A DNA stretch of 64,000 bases from Eukaryota sp. GEM-RC1. Lineage: Eukaryota. Below are positions 25,930-40,548 of the stretch, piece after piece. Location: NCBI GenBank assembly GCA_040285855.1, contig JAUFOQ010000005.1, positions 1,426,001-1,490,000 of the forward strand, written 5' to 3'. A program made the translations under genes and the position numbers. The notes under the pieces are model-generated. The model was given only the letters and a program-made list of their open reading frames with translations, was not told where the DNA came from and made no database searches. Every line of letters begins with the position of its first letter. The stretch's first letter is position 1.

Positions 25930-28900
25930 GGTCGCATACATTACACACTAATGCATGAGCGGTTTCTTGAGCACTGAGCTCCTTCAAGGGACATAAGACT
26001 GTATAACGAATAAACGTGTCTATGAATACCAGGTGACAGTTCCCGGAGGTGTCTGTCGGCAAAGGTCCAATGGTGTCGGCATTCATTTTGGCAAATGGTT
26101 TGTCTGCCCAAAGGTTACCTGATGGTTTGATTTTGAGTTTTGCAAGGGGAGCTGTCTTTTGACAAGCTGGGCATTGCATGCAGTGTTTCTTCATATCTTT
26201 GGCCATTGTAGGCCAGAAATAGTCACTAACATTCCGCCGATCAATGCTGACTCTTAGGCTGGGGTGCCCTGCTTGAGGAAAACCGCGGATGTGGTTCATC
26301 GTGGTATTCCGAAGACTCATAGGGATGAGGATCTTACCATCGCTATTTAGGAATAGCTGGAGCTCGTCGTTGTATACAGTAGTGGGATGCTGAAACAGTA
26401 CGTCGTCGTTGTTCTTGGCTTCTACTTGTGTGGAGAATACTTTGGATAGCCAAGCGTCAAAGATTTTTGACTTGTTGATTAATGGTTCACTAATTAATGG
26501 TTCACTAATCAAGTTGATTGACTCGGAGGTCAGTGATTGATATTCCATATCGTCATCAGTACGACATAGGCCATCGACTTCAGAGAACATCGGCTCAGGG
26601 CAAGATGTGACTAGGTTTATGTTTTCGGGTTGAGAGGTTTCAATGTTTCGAGATAACATGTCTGCCCAGTAGTTGTCTGCTCCAACGGTGTGGATCACTG
26701 AGAATTGGAATTCGATTAGGATAGGTATCCAACGCTTGACTACTCTGTTCTTCTCGGGTGCTGAGATGAGGAAAGCTAGGTTTCTATGATCTGTGAAGAT
26801 GGTTAGATCCCTGCTTAGGAGGAATGATGACATGGGAGATTCCGTTAGGATCAGACCAATAGCGTACAACTCTTTCTGAATTGTTGCCCAGTTTTGTTGA
26901 GATTCCGTTAGGAGTTTGCTGTAAAAAGCTAGTGGGATAACTTTCCTGTTGTTCAAAGGAGTTCCATCTTGTGCATTGAAAATCTTGGTTGAATCTTGGG
27001 TATTTCCTGCCAAATGACACCACCTACGGCGATATCACTGGCGTCTGCACTGATCAGCACGCGTTGATCCCTGTCTGGTAGACTGAGAGGCATGTGATTT
27101 ATGATCTTATTTCTGATTGTCTCGAAATTAGATTGATGGAGAGGTGTCCATTTTACTGAACGAGCGTTGTTCTTGACTAAGTTTATGATTGGGGCCAGAA
27201 GGTCTGATGCACCTGGAATAAAGTCTTTTATGTAGTTAATCGAACCCACGAAGCTACGAACTTCTTTGATTGTTGTTGGTACGGGCAACTCTAGGAGAGC
27301 TGTGATACGCGATGGGTCAATACTGCTAGTGAGTGTATTGTTAACGAACTTACTACCCAAGATCTTTAGTGGGTGTTTCTTTGTCACGAAGTGGCATTTG
27401 GGTAGGCCAAGGTTGACTCTACGTTTTAATGCTTTTGTCAGAACGAATCGGATTCGGCTCATAAATTCTTCGAATGTACGGCCTACTATGATGATGTCAT
27501 CGATGTAGATGAATATGCCCTCATGGTCGAATATTTCATACATCAAATTTTGAAATATCGCAGGGACGTTCTTGAGTCCAAAACAAGCTCTTTGAAATCG
27601 GATGGCTTTGCCAGGGATTACCAGAGTTGTCTTGTCTCTATCCTTTTCTGCGTTGATTCCATCGGAACCACTGAAGTCTCCCGTAAGGCGGGGCTTACGT
27701 TGATCGGGATAGACCACCAGTACTACCGGTGAACTGAACTGTCCATTGGGAGTTGTTAACTCAGCAAAGTCCTGATGGACAAGTTCATCGAAAATCTCTT
27801 CGGCAATCCGCTGTTTCATTGGTTTGAGCCGTCGAGGTTTCCGTCTCACAGTGGACTCTTTATTGTAGAAGTCGATCGCCATGGGAGGACAATCGATGCC
27901 GTTTTTGTGAGGAGCTGCTGAAAATATTGAGGAAAACTCCTGAAGCAGGCTCAATAAGCTCTTAGCTCTGTTATCATCATCCAATTTGATTGTGCAACCT
28001 GAATCGAATACATGTTTATTAAAGTATACAATATTATCGATAGAATGGCTACGGGGATGTTGTATGATGCGTGAGTCGAACTCGGACTCATCGTTCACGG
28101 TGGCCAGGATGGCCTTGTCAATCCGGATGACTAGTCCGTCTTCGGTCAGTAGTCCTAACTGTTTCATCAGATCAATTCCCAATAATTGTTTGTTGGATCC
28201 AGGTATTATTGGTAATGTCTTATCCACGTGTGTCAGGTACGCGATGCTACTGGTATCGAAGGTCAAGATGCCCTGGGAGCTACCCAAGGACCGGGACTCG
28301 ACACTGTTTGCGGAGGTGAAGCGAACACTTTTGTTGACAGGCGTCATGTTACACTTCGTAGCCAGGTCTTGTGTGATAACGGACATGGTTGCTCCACTGT
28401 CCCAAAAACCTTGAACCGAAATTCCGTTAATCATCAGTTTGCAGCTGCGAAGAGGGAGTGGGCTCTGACTACTTATGCTGAATATGGAATTCAGGCTTTG
28501 TGAGTTCGTGTTACCATTGGCAGAACTGATGTTGCTCAATGGGTTTAAGAATTGATTGGTTTCAATCAAAATGGGATTTGATTGACTAGATGTGATGTTA
28601 TCAGATGTATTTACAAGGCTGTTAATTTGTACTGATTTTGCATTGGAATATTTCGATTTTTTATGGTTTTTCTTACTATGACTACGAGATGGTTTTGGAG
28701 CGGTACTCTTTGCATTACGTTGATCTAGTGGAAGCTCACTACGTTTACATTCGGGATCCGGGCATTGGAGGATGGAATGGCCCTTTTCGCCACAAAATTT
28801 ACAGGCGTCGGGGTCTATTTCTTCAGAACGGGGCTTCTTCATGGGTTTCACACTAGAAGAGGTTCTTCGGGATTTCCCAGGTTCTGATTGAACGGGGATG

Positions 28901-29547
28901 AGAGGTCTAGAGGTCCAAGATTTGGGAAGTTCCTCCCAGGTAGCTGTATCTCTGAGATTGGCAATCTCGGCAATACGCTGTTCATTCTGAACAGATGCTG
29001 CTGACGATTTCCATCGTTCACACCAAATGTCGTATTGTTGTTTTACTTGGTAGAAAAGCATTTGAATATCATTCGAGTCCTGATATGCTGGCCAGAGATC
29101 TAGCCAAATGGAGACTATTCCAAGATTAGCCAAGATGGCTTTGATTATGGCCTTATCTGATAAAGCTGTCATAACCTTTTCATTCTTGGGTAGGATAGCT
29201 TGAGTTCTTTGGAGAACGCGATGCAATCTGTTGATGTAATCGCCCCATCTTTCCTCTGGGTCATTGATCGACCATTTCATCTTGATCTTGTTCAACTCGT
29301 TGAGCGCAACAGTAACGTCTGTATACTGTGTGTGTCTGAGCAACGCGATCAAAAGTTGCAGAGGAGTGGTTCCGTTCCATTCGCGAGACATCGACAGTTG
29401 TGTCTGTATGTTGAATTTCACAAAACGTTGCACGTATTTTGGGTCAGCTGTTTTGGCTGCTGTTCGCACCAAGTCAAAGAAATGACGAGGCCAACCGAAA
29501 GGGGCTTTATAGGGGCTTTATAGGGATAGGGACTTTCTAGGAATAGG
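25930..29547 (-). mobile_element. decayed Ty3/gypsy LTR retrotransposon gag-pol
   Basis: Order gag (CKFCGEKGHSILQC), protease (DSGA), RT (YIDD), RNase H (DAS..KELYAI..TDH), integrase (H..H..CPAC, DTIGPLP). Frameshift at ~27000, internal RT deletion, truncated integrase, no LTRs seen. Confidence 0.92.
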
Positions 29548-32400
29548 GACTTAATTCCTCTTTACATGTTAGATCAATGTACTTTGGGGGTAATTTTTTT
29601 GGAAATTGCAGTGCAAAAGCCTTAGCCGAATTATTGAAAGAAAATACTACAGTATCCAAAATGCTTCTTTGGGGTAATTCTGTTGGTAATGAAGGTGCTT
29701 TAGGATTTTCAAACCTATTGATGTTAAATTACACTATTGAATTTATTAATCTAGGGAATAACCCTATTAATCAAGGTACTCAAGCAGAGATTCAAAAATT
29801 ATCCAATGGAAGGATTGTATTTCACTAGAAGTAATCAATCAGTCAGTCGGTATTCGTCGGAAATCAATCAAAAATTCGCCACTCTTTGTTGTTACTTCAA
29901 AAACTAATCAAAACAAATTGACTTTTTGACGAGTTTTGACCTTGTGACGGAGGTGTCATTTGAGGTATTAAAAATTATTACAATGATAATCCATAATTCT
30001 ATTGTTAATTTGCGTCTTCTTCTACTCATGTAAAATACAGTTTTGTTCAGTTAAGCTCAAAACTTTGTTGAAATCTTATTTATATTTAATTACCTATGGC
30101 TGGGTGCATCTTTTATTAGTAAGGGTTGATCGGGCAGTATGGACATTGATGTTTGACCCCATATTTTAGATGTGTTTGATTAAATATTCCCCCCAGGACT
30201 ATGTTACTCCAACTTTCAACGATGTTTCATTATTAAAGTTTGCTTTACAGAACTTTTGCATCAAATTATTGTCCTTAATCCGTTGTGACTTTTCCAATGA
30301 AATTACTCCCCTATGTGACCTAATCAATGCCAATTAGTCATTGACTTCTGTTGACTTCAGTCACTGTAAGCTGGCCAACAAGGATTTCTCTTCTTTGTCA
30401 AAAACTCTCAGTGAAATGACTTCTAAACGTCTTATTAACTTAAGTAATCCAAATTTTACTCTTCACTGTCATTTGGAGGTTCTGCAACAGTTTTGAGTTG
30501 TTAAGTCAATACCAGTATTTGAAGTTTGCTTCATTATTTTGATATTTCTACTGACTACAATGATTTTCACGGTTATATCAGCAACTTTAGTTTAATGTCA
30601 CTATTAGATGCTTTTAAATCAAACGTTTTTATTAAACGAGTTCACTGTCGTGGGTTCCAGAATCCCAGTTTGGATGACTTTCTTATGTTGATTGAAATAT
30701 ATTCTATATCAAAATCAGTTATTGATTTGACTGTCCTCACCTTGTAGACATTGGGATTGTTTGTTTTTTCCCATGTACATGTGTGCTATTGACTTCTTAA
30801 GAATTCATATCTCTAAACTCCTTTTAAAATGTTTTGTGATCAAAGAGCTTTATCTTCCCCATAATGCTATCAGTCTATTAAGTGATTTAATAAGAATCAA
30901 TTCTTCATCGACTTTTGTTGACCTCAGTAACACACAATTTACAGACTTTAATTTCTCTGTTTCAGGCTGATGTTCTCTTGAAGCCCACCAACATACGTTA
31001 TATCAATCTAAGTGATACAAACCTTCAGTTTAGTCATCTTCGGTTAATTTTGCGAACAGTTTTCTACTCACGAATCACCACCAATTTATGAAATTTATCC
31101 TCATTCTATTGATTTTTCTCTTAGTACTATCAGTTGTGTTGATACTACTTATTTCAGATACTGATGTATATTCACTTATTGCTGTCTTAAATTCAAATCT
31201 AGCTATCAAATGTGTTGATTGTCATGGATGGATCACTGGATTCAAATTTTGAAGGTACTGTTGGCCTTTATCAAACTCTTTCCGTTAATAATTCATTGAT
31301 AGATGTAGATATTTCTCCAAATCTCATTGACTCAGAGCATGGGATTTTCCCATTTTCATTATATGTTCACACTAAAATCACTGCTGAGACTGTAACTGCT
31401 TTACTTTCTCTTGAGATCATTGACCGGTGTATCAACAAGTGTAGTTTTACTCACGAAGCTCTTGCAGTCTTGTGTGACCTACTCAAGACTAGTTCTAAAT
31501 TGACTTATCTTGACTGATCTTACCGCCGTTTATCTGATGAAGATTTCTTGCCATTGCTGGATTATCTTCAGCTTAATGATGCTTTAAATATTAAAGAACC
31601 TCGTTTTGAATTCTCTTGGGGATGAAAGTGCAAAAACATTAGCTGAATTACTGAAGGTTAACACTGATCTGATCTATTATGTTGTTTGATTTGATTATTT
31701 CCGAGATTAACAAAATTGAATTTTCAACATTCAGTTGTTGAAAACTTCAATACTTTTCAAAATTCTAAGAGTGCTTCATTTATAGTACAGTTATCTCACA
31801 TTTTAACATCAGCAATTGTAAACATTCTCAGAATAACCTATATCAGGACATGTCTTCTTACAGTCAATCATACGTGCCAACAAATCAGAATTCGTAAATC
31901 AATCAAAATGAACTGTTTGCTGTTACTTCAAGAACTGATCAAAAGAAATCAACTTTTGGTTATTTGAAGATAACTAATACTTCAGATATAGACCAGTTTG
32001 GATTAGATACTTATTGCAAGGCTCAGATGTTAGAGCTAGCTAGTAGCACTCGTTGAGGTTAACAGTGATTGAATTTCTAATCTGTATTAAGTTCAGTTTA
32101 GAAAGCGGCTTTTTAAATCATCTTCGTAGCAATAATTAAAATCGGTCTTTACACCAAATTTTTATACTCTTGAGTCGAACTCTTCTTTAAAGAGTCTGCT
32201 TTTGTATCAATGTCCTGTTTGCAGGCAAATCAACGGAGATGAAGAATTTGAATCTTTATGCAAAATGATACGAAAAACCAAATCTTTGCTTATTTTAAAT
32301 TCTGCTGGTTCCTTGATGTTCTCAAACACAATCCATTAATTCAAAAAGTGGGTTTACCTAACAGTTACAGGAGTTTGAGCTCTTTTATCAATGATTGTGA
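29548..32400 (+). pseudogene. decayed 'PHSID/IKRVxCxG' repeat-protein genes, copy 0
   Basis: 29548-31175 is highly similar to 46587-48205 and 55105-56735, and continues with further motif pieces (31212-31517). Many stops. Right boundary approximate. Confidence 0.65.
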
Positions 32401-32641
32401 AACAGTGTTTAATTTTGACAATTGACGTTAATTAAGGAGTGTTCCGTTTTAAAGACCAGTTTATACGAACTAACTAACGAGGACCTTTCTGCTAATTTTT
32501 TTGTATGAGAGAGCTTACTCTTAAAAGATTTACTCACAGTGTCATGTGACTTAGTTAAGTTCAATACATTTTTGACTTCGGTTGACTTCGGTAACTGTAG
32601 ATATTACGCATATGAACACATATCGATATATCCCGTATTAT

Positions 32642-32733
32642 AAAAAAAAACGGGGTTTATGATCAGTCAGTGAAATAAAATGCATTTGCAGAAGTTAATA
32701 ACTAACAGACACTAACTAAAGTATATAACTATC
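32642..32733 (-). mobile_element. 92-bp 3'-terminal stub of the RLE non-LTR element, copy 2
   Basis: Nearly identical to 18954-19042. TSD TCCCGTATTAT at 32631-32641 and 32734-32744. Confidence 0.9.
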
Positions 32734-32859
32734 TCCCGTATTATTGGTTTGTATTTGTAAAACAGTTCTCATAAACTTCCTTACACTTCATCAATGAGCT
32801 TTGAATGAAAATCAATTTGAATCGAATTGTGTTTTTGGTAGTTCTCTTAGTCCTGTTTA

Positions 32860-33291
32860 CATGGAGGAAATCAAATGGTAAACCAGCCGGAGCAGTCAAG
32901 AGCCTGCCATTAAGTAAGTCTCACAAGTATATTCAGCAGGAACACGTGAAAGTGTATGGAGTTCATATTCCTTTATTCACCTCAAACAGAAGGAACCGGC
33001 TCACAACCGAAAAAGCTAGGAAGTTAGTGTATGTGCACTGTAATTCCAAATTCCAGAAACAAGCAGGTCTTATGAAATAAAAATGGACAGAACACAGCAT
33101 GGACAGCGATTCTGACTATTAGAGCTCCTTATATTGGGTAAATAAAGAACATACGTATCATAGAACTACTGTACATGCTCATGTAGTACAGTGTCATTGT
33201 TGGAATAACAACACTTGTTAACACGCCATAACAACATGGCGGCATGTGCTTATGGACGTATGGCAGTTATGGCCGTCATGGTACAACACTG
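32860..33291 (+). mobile_element. hAT 3' end (dimerisation-domain remnant and TIR)
   Basis: RRNRLTTEKARKLVYVHCN, ATGGC-type subterminal repeats and the terminus GTACAACACTG at 33281-33291. Confidence 0.65.
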
Positions 33292-33313
33292 GAAAAATCT
33301 CATTTCTTGATCA

Positions 33314-34337
33314 ATGCTTACTCCTCTTCCTGAACCTTTGTTGAAAAGGAGTCGTTCATCCCCTTCCAGTATCCCCTCTGTGATGTCTGACTGTGACGAA
33401 CTGTCGATGTTGTCTTCATCCACACATTTTCCCTCTAAACGTGTCCATGTTCAGCAGACTTTGTTGATTCTTATCCATCTCCATTTGCTTACACTTCTTT
33501 TCAAGCGCTCTCTCGAACTCCAAAAGATTCCTTTGCGGTTTATTGCTCAACTCACTGCTTTGAAAACAGTTTTACCTGCATTCTTTGGACAAGTTGGCTA
33601 TGTAAGTAATCACTTTTTTGATTCTTCATTCCAAGCAGTTAAACTGTGTTTTCAATTACACACCTTTCATGCTGGTCGCAAACACTTTCCCAAACTAATT
33701 TCACTTGCTTCTTTTTTTTGAAGCAGATCTACAATCTGTTTTCTTGCACACTGATGGAATTTTAGAAATTGAGAATTTTCTCAATTATTCTGGTATAATT
33801 ACAGGATTGAGAATCAAACTAAGAAAACTCTCTGATTTAGAGTTTTTAAATACTTCTTCTGCTTTTTTTCCACGTCTTAAAGAACTAGAAGTGGTAGTGA
33901 TCCAACACGCCCCTGTTTCTATGTTATTGATTGAAGCTTTGAAAACCAATACTACAGTTACAAGTGTGACCCTAGTTGGAAACTCTATCGGAGATGAAGG
34001 TGCCAGAGCTTTGGCAGGGGCTTTGAAAGTTAATTCTTCAGTTACAAGTGTTGATCTGTGTTTCAACTCTATCGGAGATGAAGGTGCCAGAGCTTTGGCA
34101 GGGGCTTTGAAAGTTAATTCTTCAGTTACAAGTGTTATTTTGGGTAGCAACTCTATTGGAGCTGAAGGTGCCAAAGGTTTGGCGGAGGCGTTGAAAGTTA
34201 ATGATACAATTACAAGTATTAATCTGAGGAACAACTGTATTGGAGATGAAGGAGAAGTAGCTTTGGTAGATGCGTTGAAAGTAAATCATAGAATTAAAAT
34301 AGAAGGAGCAACCGCAGTCTATAATCAGTTTTCATAG
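33314..34337 (+). pseudogene. RI-like LRR family protein B, 4 repeats, +1 frameshift in a T8 run
   Basis: ORFs 33314-33721 and 33705-34337 join if one T is removed from 33712-33719. Paralogs read TCT TTC TTT GGA here. Confidence 0.85.
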
Positions 34338-36453
34338 TTTTGTGTATTCTCTTCATCAAACAAAAGGGTGATGAAAGGTTACATTGCAATTATTTCTAAA
34401 GTTGAGTTACCATTATTGTTGATTTAAAAACAGTAGAACGAAACGTCTCACTAAAACACATTGTGATATCTGTCACAACAGAAGTTTCAGTAACGAACCT
34501 TTGAGCAAATTTCGTCAAAATATTATAAAATGGTAATGTCAATGTTCTTGCTGAAACGGCTTTTTTTGAAAAATGCTTTGAAAGCATCCTTTTGACTGGA
34601 ACAAAAATGTGGACAATAAGAAAGTTTCAGCTGACTTGACTTATCTTATCTGATTCTTATTCTTTGTTGATTGTACAGTCATATTGGTAGAGATTTTGAT
34701 GACAGTATAATTCACATTATGATAAGATACAATTCACCTTTACTTGTTATTAATGTAGAACACGTTACTCTCGTATAAATTGACACCTGGCCAATATTAG
34801 AACGTGATAACGGCTTTGTTATTGGTAGTTGTAATAGTATTGTAAATTTGAATTTGGACGTGTTATAACTAGTGTCCAACAACATAGTCATACATTTAGC
34901 ATTATCTAATCGTTATCGAAGAATTCCACAAAAGTATGATGCAGTCCAAGATTATTGTCATTGGATTTATGAGAAATTCAGTGAACAATTGAGCCATATA
35001 CTGGCATTATTTAAATTGTATAAAAGTATAGATCCTTTTGCAATGAAAAATTTTCATAGTTTTCGTCTTCAATTCATCTGCTGGGTGGTGTTTTATCAGT
35101 GTTTGAATTTTTATGATCGGTGGATTACCGTCTACAAAGAATAAACTGTTTATTCATTTGTATACTTACATCAAAAACACCACGTTAGCTATTTTGGGCA
35201 TTGTTAAGATTGGCTGTTATTTGTTATATAACATAAAAGACTTGTAGAAATGAACCCTTCTTTGCTGGCATTTGCGTAAAACTACTAATTCTGTTTTGAA
35301 TGCCGAAAATTAGTCAATCAATTATGATTATACAACCTAGCCGGGGAGTTTGAACTGTCTATTTATAAAATTTACTAAACTGTTGTTACATTCAGCCCAA
35401 AAATTTCAAATATTTCAAATAGTAGACAAAATACACAACAATTTTATAAAACAACCAGTAACATGACTAGTGTTATAAGAGGTAGGTGTTAGCACAGATC
35501 ATATCGTTACAAGCGTTTTGAGTTGATTTTGTGCAACAATACAAGCATACCCTCTACTATGCTTGTATAGGAACCTTGCTCTCATTAGGACCTCGACGAT
35601 AAATTAAAAAAATATAATATTTGAAAACTGCTTTCATAAGTTAACCGTTGTACATTACATCTCTATATAAATATATGAAACTATGTAAATTTCCTATGAA
35701 TCATTTTCACAATGATACAAAACTGGGAAAATTTCTTTTTGAAGGTCTTCCATGTCATAATGCACGATGTAACGCAGTAGAAGAAACCTATCAATGCATT
35801 AAAGGGGAACCATGAACCTACTCAGAGATGATGCTAGACTTAGCTATAGTTTCTACAGTACTTTTCTAAACCAGTTTTGGAAATTAGACTCACATGAGAA
35901 TACTCTGAGTCTTATATAGATAATTAATTACTTTCCACGCCTTATGTGACAAAGAGAAGAACTTTTCACTCACCAATCCGTCGTTGGAAATACTGAAAAA
36001 CAGTGGAACAATTCATTTTAAAAGTACGAGACCTCGTATACACAGATAGGTTGCAGATCTAGTTGTGTACATATCAATGCAAGACATCAAGATAAAGTGA
36101 TTCTGGGAGAAGAACGCACATAAAGAGCGATCAAAAAAACAGATAACGAATTTTCTTCATATGCTGTATCCTGTCCAATAGAGTTCACTTTTTGTTCGAT
36201 TATGGTTGCTCTGGGCAGATGCTATACTTCATAGCACCTTTTCGCAGTTGTGTCCAGATATGTACCCTTTAAAATTACCGGTGCTCTATGAGGATGACGT
36301 AAATATTAACCATTAGATATTGTAGAGTATGATTTCATTGTGTTATTAGAGTCATCTAATTCACTGAATGGAGTGCTCATCTTCTTTTAAAATAAGTCAT
36401 TTAGTTTAGAGTGCCTAAGATCAATGTTACAAAGCCATCAGGAGTGTGTATTA

Positions 36454-37167
36454 CAGGGATGTACAAACAATAGCGTACCGTACACTATTTGCCGTACACT
36501 ACCGTAAAATACGGTACGGCACTATACTCGGTTTCCGTAAAATAGGGCAACTGTAAAAATACGGAAAATATTTACGGTAAATGTTTCCGTAGTGAGAATA
36601 TAAAGTACTCTTTTGTATACCCCGTAAATCGAAACATCAAAGCGTTCTTGATCATTTTGATCAGTTCTGTAACAACTGCGCCATTCTCTGTTGCCCTAGT
36701 ACTTAAAAAAAGAGAATTGACTGGGTCGGATACATGGCAAGAGCTGAAATACTTAGAAGCTGGTACAACCTTACTGTTTTTATTAATCAAATGTGATAAT
36801 CCTGCTAAGACAACCTGAAAAACCGTATTATGTTGATCATCGTCATCGTTTGAAGTGGACACCTTTAAGACGTCAACTTTTTCTTCTCTACATAGAAACT
36901 GCTTGACACTGTTGAAACGGTTCTGCATGAGATCATTCAGAAGAATATTAACATCCCGATTCTGATTAGTGATGGATCATGGTTTTGATCTGTATTTTGC
37001 TCCTAGTTTTTGTAGTTTCAATTATACAAATATTTTTTCCGTATTTGGCGTATTCTCACTTCGTTTCAAACTTGCCGTAAAATACGGCAAATGTAAAAAT
37101 ACGGAAAAAATTTACGGCAAACTTGAAAAGGGACCGTATTTACGGCTACTATTTTTGTACATCACTC
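36454..37167. mobile_element. non-autonomous hAT-like element
   Basis: TIRs CAGGGATGTACAAACAATAG / GAGTGATGTACAAAAATAG. Dense CCGTA/TACGG subterminal repeats at both ends. Confidence 0.75.
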
Positions 37168-37789
37168 TATTATCGACTTTATTTGTCTTGTTAAACAACT
37201 TCGATAAATATATTGTCAGGAAATATATCATTTTTGTTCAATCCTTCTTGAAGGATTGAAAACGAAATGGCCCAGCGAAATCCGTCAAAGAAGATGAGGA
37301 TTCTGTAGTTACCTTCAAGACGAAGGATATTCCCCTGAGGGAGTTTATGGGCTCATTTAATGTTCTTGGTGTCTTTATCCTCCAGCAAAACGTCTCTATT
37401 AGAGACGTAGTCGGGTCACGACAGGTAATATTCATGTGTATACCAACTTGCGTACACTTCCGATTCTACCCTGGTTTATATCAAAACAAAGGATGAGAAC
37501 AGAAGAAGAAACGAAGTTGGACAGTTGTGACGTGTAATGTTGTACAATGTGTCTGGAAAACACATGCGAATCTTTGTACAGTATCTTCAGAAGGGAGGTG
37601 TTTGATTAGAAGAAAGGTTGGTGTTGGTTTCAAAGTGAAGCCAAAGACTATAGAATGTAAACGTGTTTATTGTGTATGTAGACAGACAGAAGATCGGTCG
37701 ATGAACGATCGATCGACAAAAGTTTGGACATGAAAATTTGTGGTGAAGGCAGGCTGCACTAAAGTACTGTAGTAAAGTGCTAAAGTGAC

Positions 37790-40100
37790 TAGGGTTGTAA
37801 TTTGAGTCGAGTCAACTCGAGTCTGAAATTCTTGACTCAACTCAACTCATGAGTCATATGAGTCGAGTCAGGCTGACTCACCAAATACAAGAGAGACTCA
37901 ACTCGACTTATGAGTCCAGCGAGTCGAGTCAGGCTGACTCATCCAAAATTCGACTGACTCGACTCGACTCATGAATCTTATGATTGTCCAGAATTAAAAT
38001 CGGATTTATTTAGTACCTAAACTACTAGTTTTAGAATGACTACTCAAAATCAATACTACTATTAACTTCAATCAAATTTTTGGAATACCATGACGTAAAC
38101 AAAGCAAATACATTGCAGTATCATCACTTAAACGAGCACGCTTCTTGCTAATAATGTGATTAGCAGCTGAAAACAACCTCTAACTTGGAGCAGAACTTGT
38201 CTGAATGGAAAGATAATTCTTAGCAATACAAGAGAGTTTTGGATACTTTTCTTGATTATTTTTCCACCATTCAACTGGATCCAAGTCATGATTGACTTTT
38301 CCTTCACTAAAGTAGTCTCTTAGTTCATCTTGTACATTAAACTCTACATTCTTCCCGGCCACCTTGCTGAACAATCCATTTTTGGATTTTCTCCGCTTCT
38401 TTCCTGCATTCGTCTCCTTGCCGTTGGTACCGAGTTGAACGTTTCCTTCAACTTGTCTTAAAACAGTCGGGTTTGAATTTAAAAGTTGGTTAAGTTTCCT
38501 AAACCCTGGGTCAACTTCTAGCAAATCTACTGGCAGAAAACTTGGATCGTTTTTTACTCTGGGGTCGAGTACTGCTCCTATCAATGCATTTTCGTCATAC
38601 AGTAGTTTCTGGTATGATGTTCTAAATCCGGCTCCATCTCTCCACTTATTCAAAATCCGTAAGGCTCAATCCTGCATTGCATGTGGCTGATTTTCGGTCA
38701 ACAGTTTTCCAGCTGCCTGAATGACTTCATTCAAGGCAACAGTTGAAGTAGCAAGAGTTGATGACTCGCTTTCTACATCGTCTGCAGCGTCTTTTAACAA
38801 ACCCAAAAATTCAACAATAGTATTCAAATGAATTCGTTCAATGTCCAATAAAAGATACTTTAATAATTCTGGTTCTGTTTGCAAGAATTCGTCAATACAA
38901 TTATTCAGTTTTACAAAGGTTGATATTGTTTCGTAAAAGGAATTCCATCTTGTGCAAACGTACATAGGAATAGTGTTTACCCTATGCCCTGCTAAGTTTA
39001 ACACAGCCTTCAATCTTTGATACACACTGTGGGAGCGATGAAGCTCAACCACAAACTTCAGTACTTTTTGAGTGTATTGTGAAGTTGCTTGAATAAAATC
39101 ATTAGCCCAAATATTCATGACATGAGCAGCACAACGACGGTTGTAGCAACGGAATTTGTAGCATCACAAACAGCAAGTTCATTGTCTGTGGTAATGGCCA
39201 TGATTCGATTTTCCAGAGCAAATTTTTTATAACTTCAACGAGTGCAGTTGCAATGTGCGGTTGGTCATGGGCAAATGGTAATTTTTTTAAGTGTAATGCA
39301 ATTGACTTTGCATTGAACTCATTATCTATCCAATGCGCCGTAACCCCAAGAAATGGACTCTTTGCAATTGAAGACCACAAGTCAGCCGTCAACGAGATTC
39401 GGCTATTGACTTGGCTGAGTGCTGTTTTTATGACATTGATCTCTTGAAAAAACATAGTCTTGCACAATTGCTGCTGGGTGACCCTGTTTTTGAGCTTGAA
39501 ATCAGGGTTCATTTCCTTTAAAAATGTTTGAAAACTTTTATGTTCAGCAATGTTAAATGACCAATCACAATCGACAATGCACTGGGTTAGCAGTTTCTGC
39601 AATCGGTTTTGTTTTTGTGCTTTTTGTTCGGCAGGGGTACCAAAAAGAGTTCGAGTAGGTTGAGGGCTTTCAGAATCCCAGTTGGGGTGCTTTTTATCCA
39701 GATGTCGTCGTATGGTTGATGTAGATAGAGAGTTTTCATTCCATGTAGGTTCACGACAATGAATGCAGGTCTTTTGCCTGGATGTTGATTCTTGTCCGCG
39801 ATGTGAAACCAAACATCAGAACGTCTCGGACAAGTAATAGAAGTAGCAGAAGAGGTAGTAGGACCTATTTCCAGGCTACGCTGTCTTGGAGAAGTAGAAG
39901 AATCAGATGAAGAGGTAGAGGTAGAAGCAATAGAATCAGATGAAGTAGTAGAAGTAGAAGCAATAGAATCAGATGAAGAGGTAGAGGTAGAAGGATTTTG
40001 TTCAAGGCGCTGTGAGCCAGAACGATGGGAAGTTAGAAATGAGATGATTCTAGGTTGAGCGTCGTCATCACTGATATAGTGGATTGCGGGGTTGGCCATG
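37790..40100 (-). mobile_element. hAT (Ac-like) transposon with near full-length disrupted transposase
   Basis: BED finger (SDVW..CIHC..RRHL..KH), ISLTADLWSS, TRWNS, dimerisation domain (WWK..YPKL..AKNYLSIQTSSAPS*RLFS). TIR TAGGGTTG at 37790 with GAGTC/GACTC subterminal repeats to ~37975. Several frameshifts and stops; 5' TIR not found. Confidence 0.92.
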
Positions 40101-40548
40101 AATGATGAAAGGAAAAACCACCCTTTCAGTCGCGAATGAGCGACTTCATTCTTTTGAGCACAGAAAATAACTCTTTTATAACAGTAAAACATGTTCTATC
40201 ATAGAAACTCAAAAAAAAACGCAAAACAAAAAACGATGTAAAACTGTTTCTAACAGAAACTGATTCAACCAACATCCATTTTTCAAACGTCCGGACTTCA
40301 ATACACCAATCAGTATCTAATAGTTCGAGATTGTCCCCCTTAAGAACAGAAACCAGTTCATCTCCTATACACCATTCGTGAAAGTTACTTTTTAGCTGAA
40401 GTACAGTAAAGCTTAAAGTAAAGTAAATTACTTTACTTTACTTTTGTCTTTGCATTGGCCAGTTCATTTCACAATTTAAATCTCATATTCTTCAAAACAT
40501 ATGTTACCGTTTAATTAAAACTATCTGATTTTTGGTGGAAACGAATCA

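Noticed and set aside
29500..29550. TAGGG-like repeats suggesting a telomere relic
   Set aside because: Only four or five irregular ATAGGG units at the gypsy 5' edge, more simply part of the element.
37527..37733. YCVCRQ resembling the start of a PHD finger
   Set aside because: The remaining zinc ligands are absent and the match is too short to support a call.
39880..39995. Short tandem duplication encoding STSSSDSIA
   Set aside because: Low-complexity N-terminal extension of the hAT transposase, not a separate feature.
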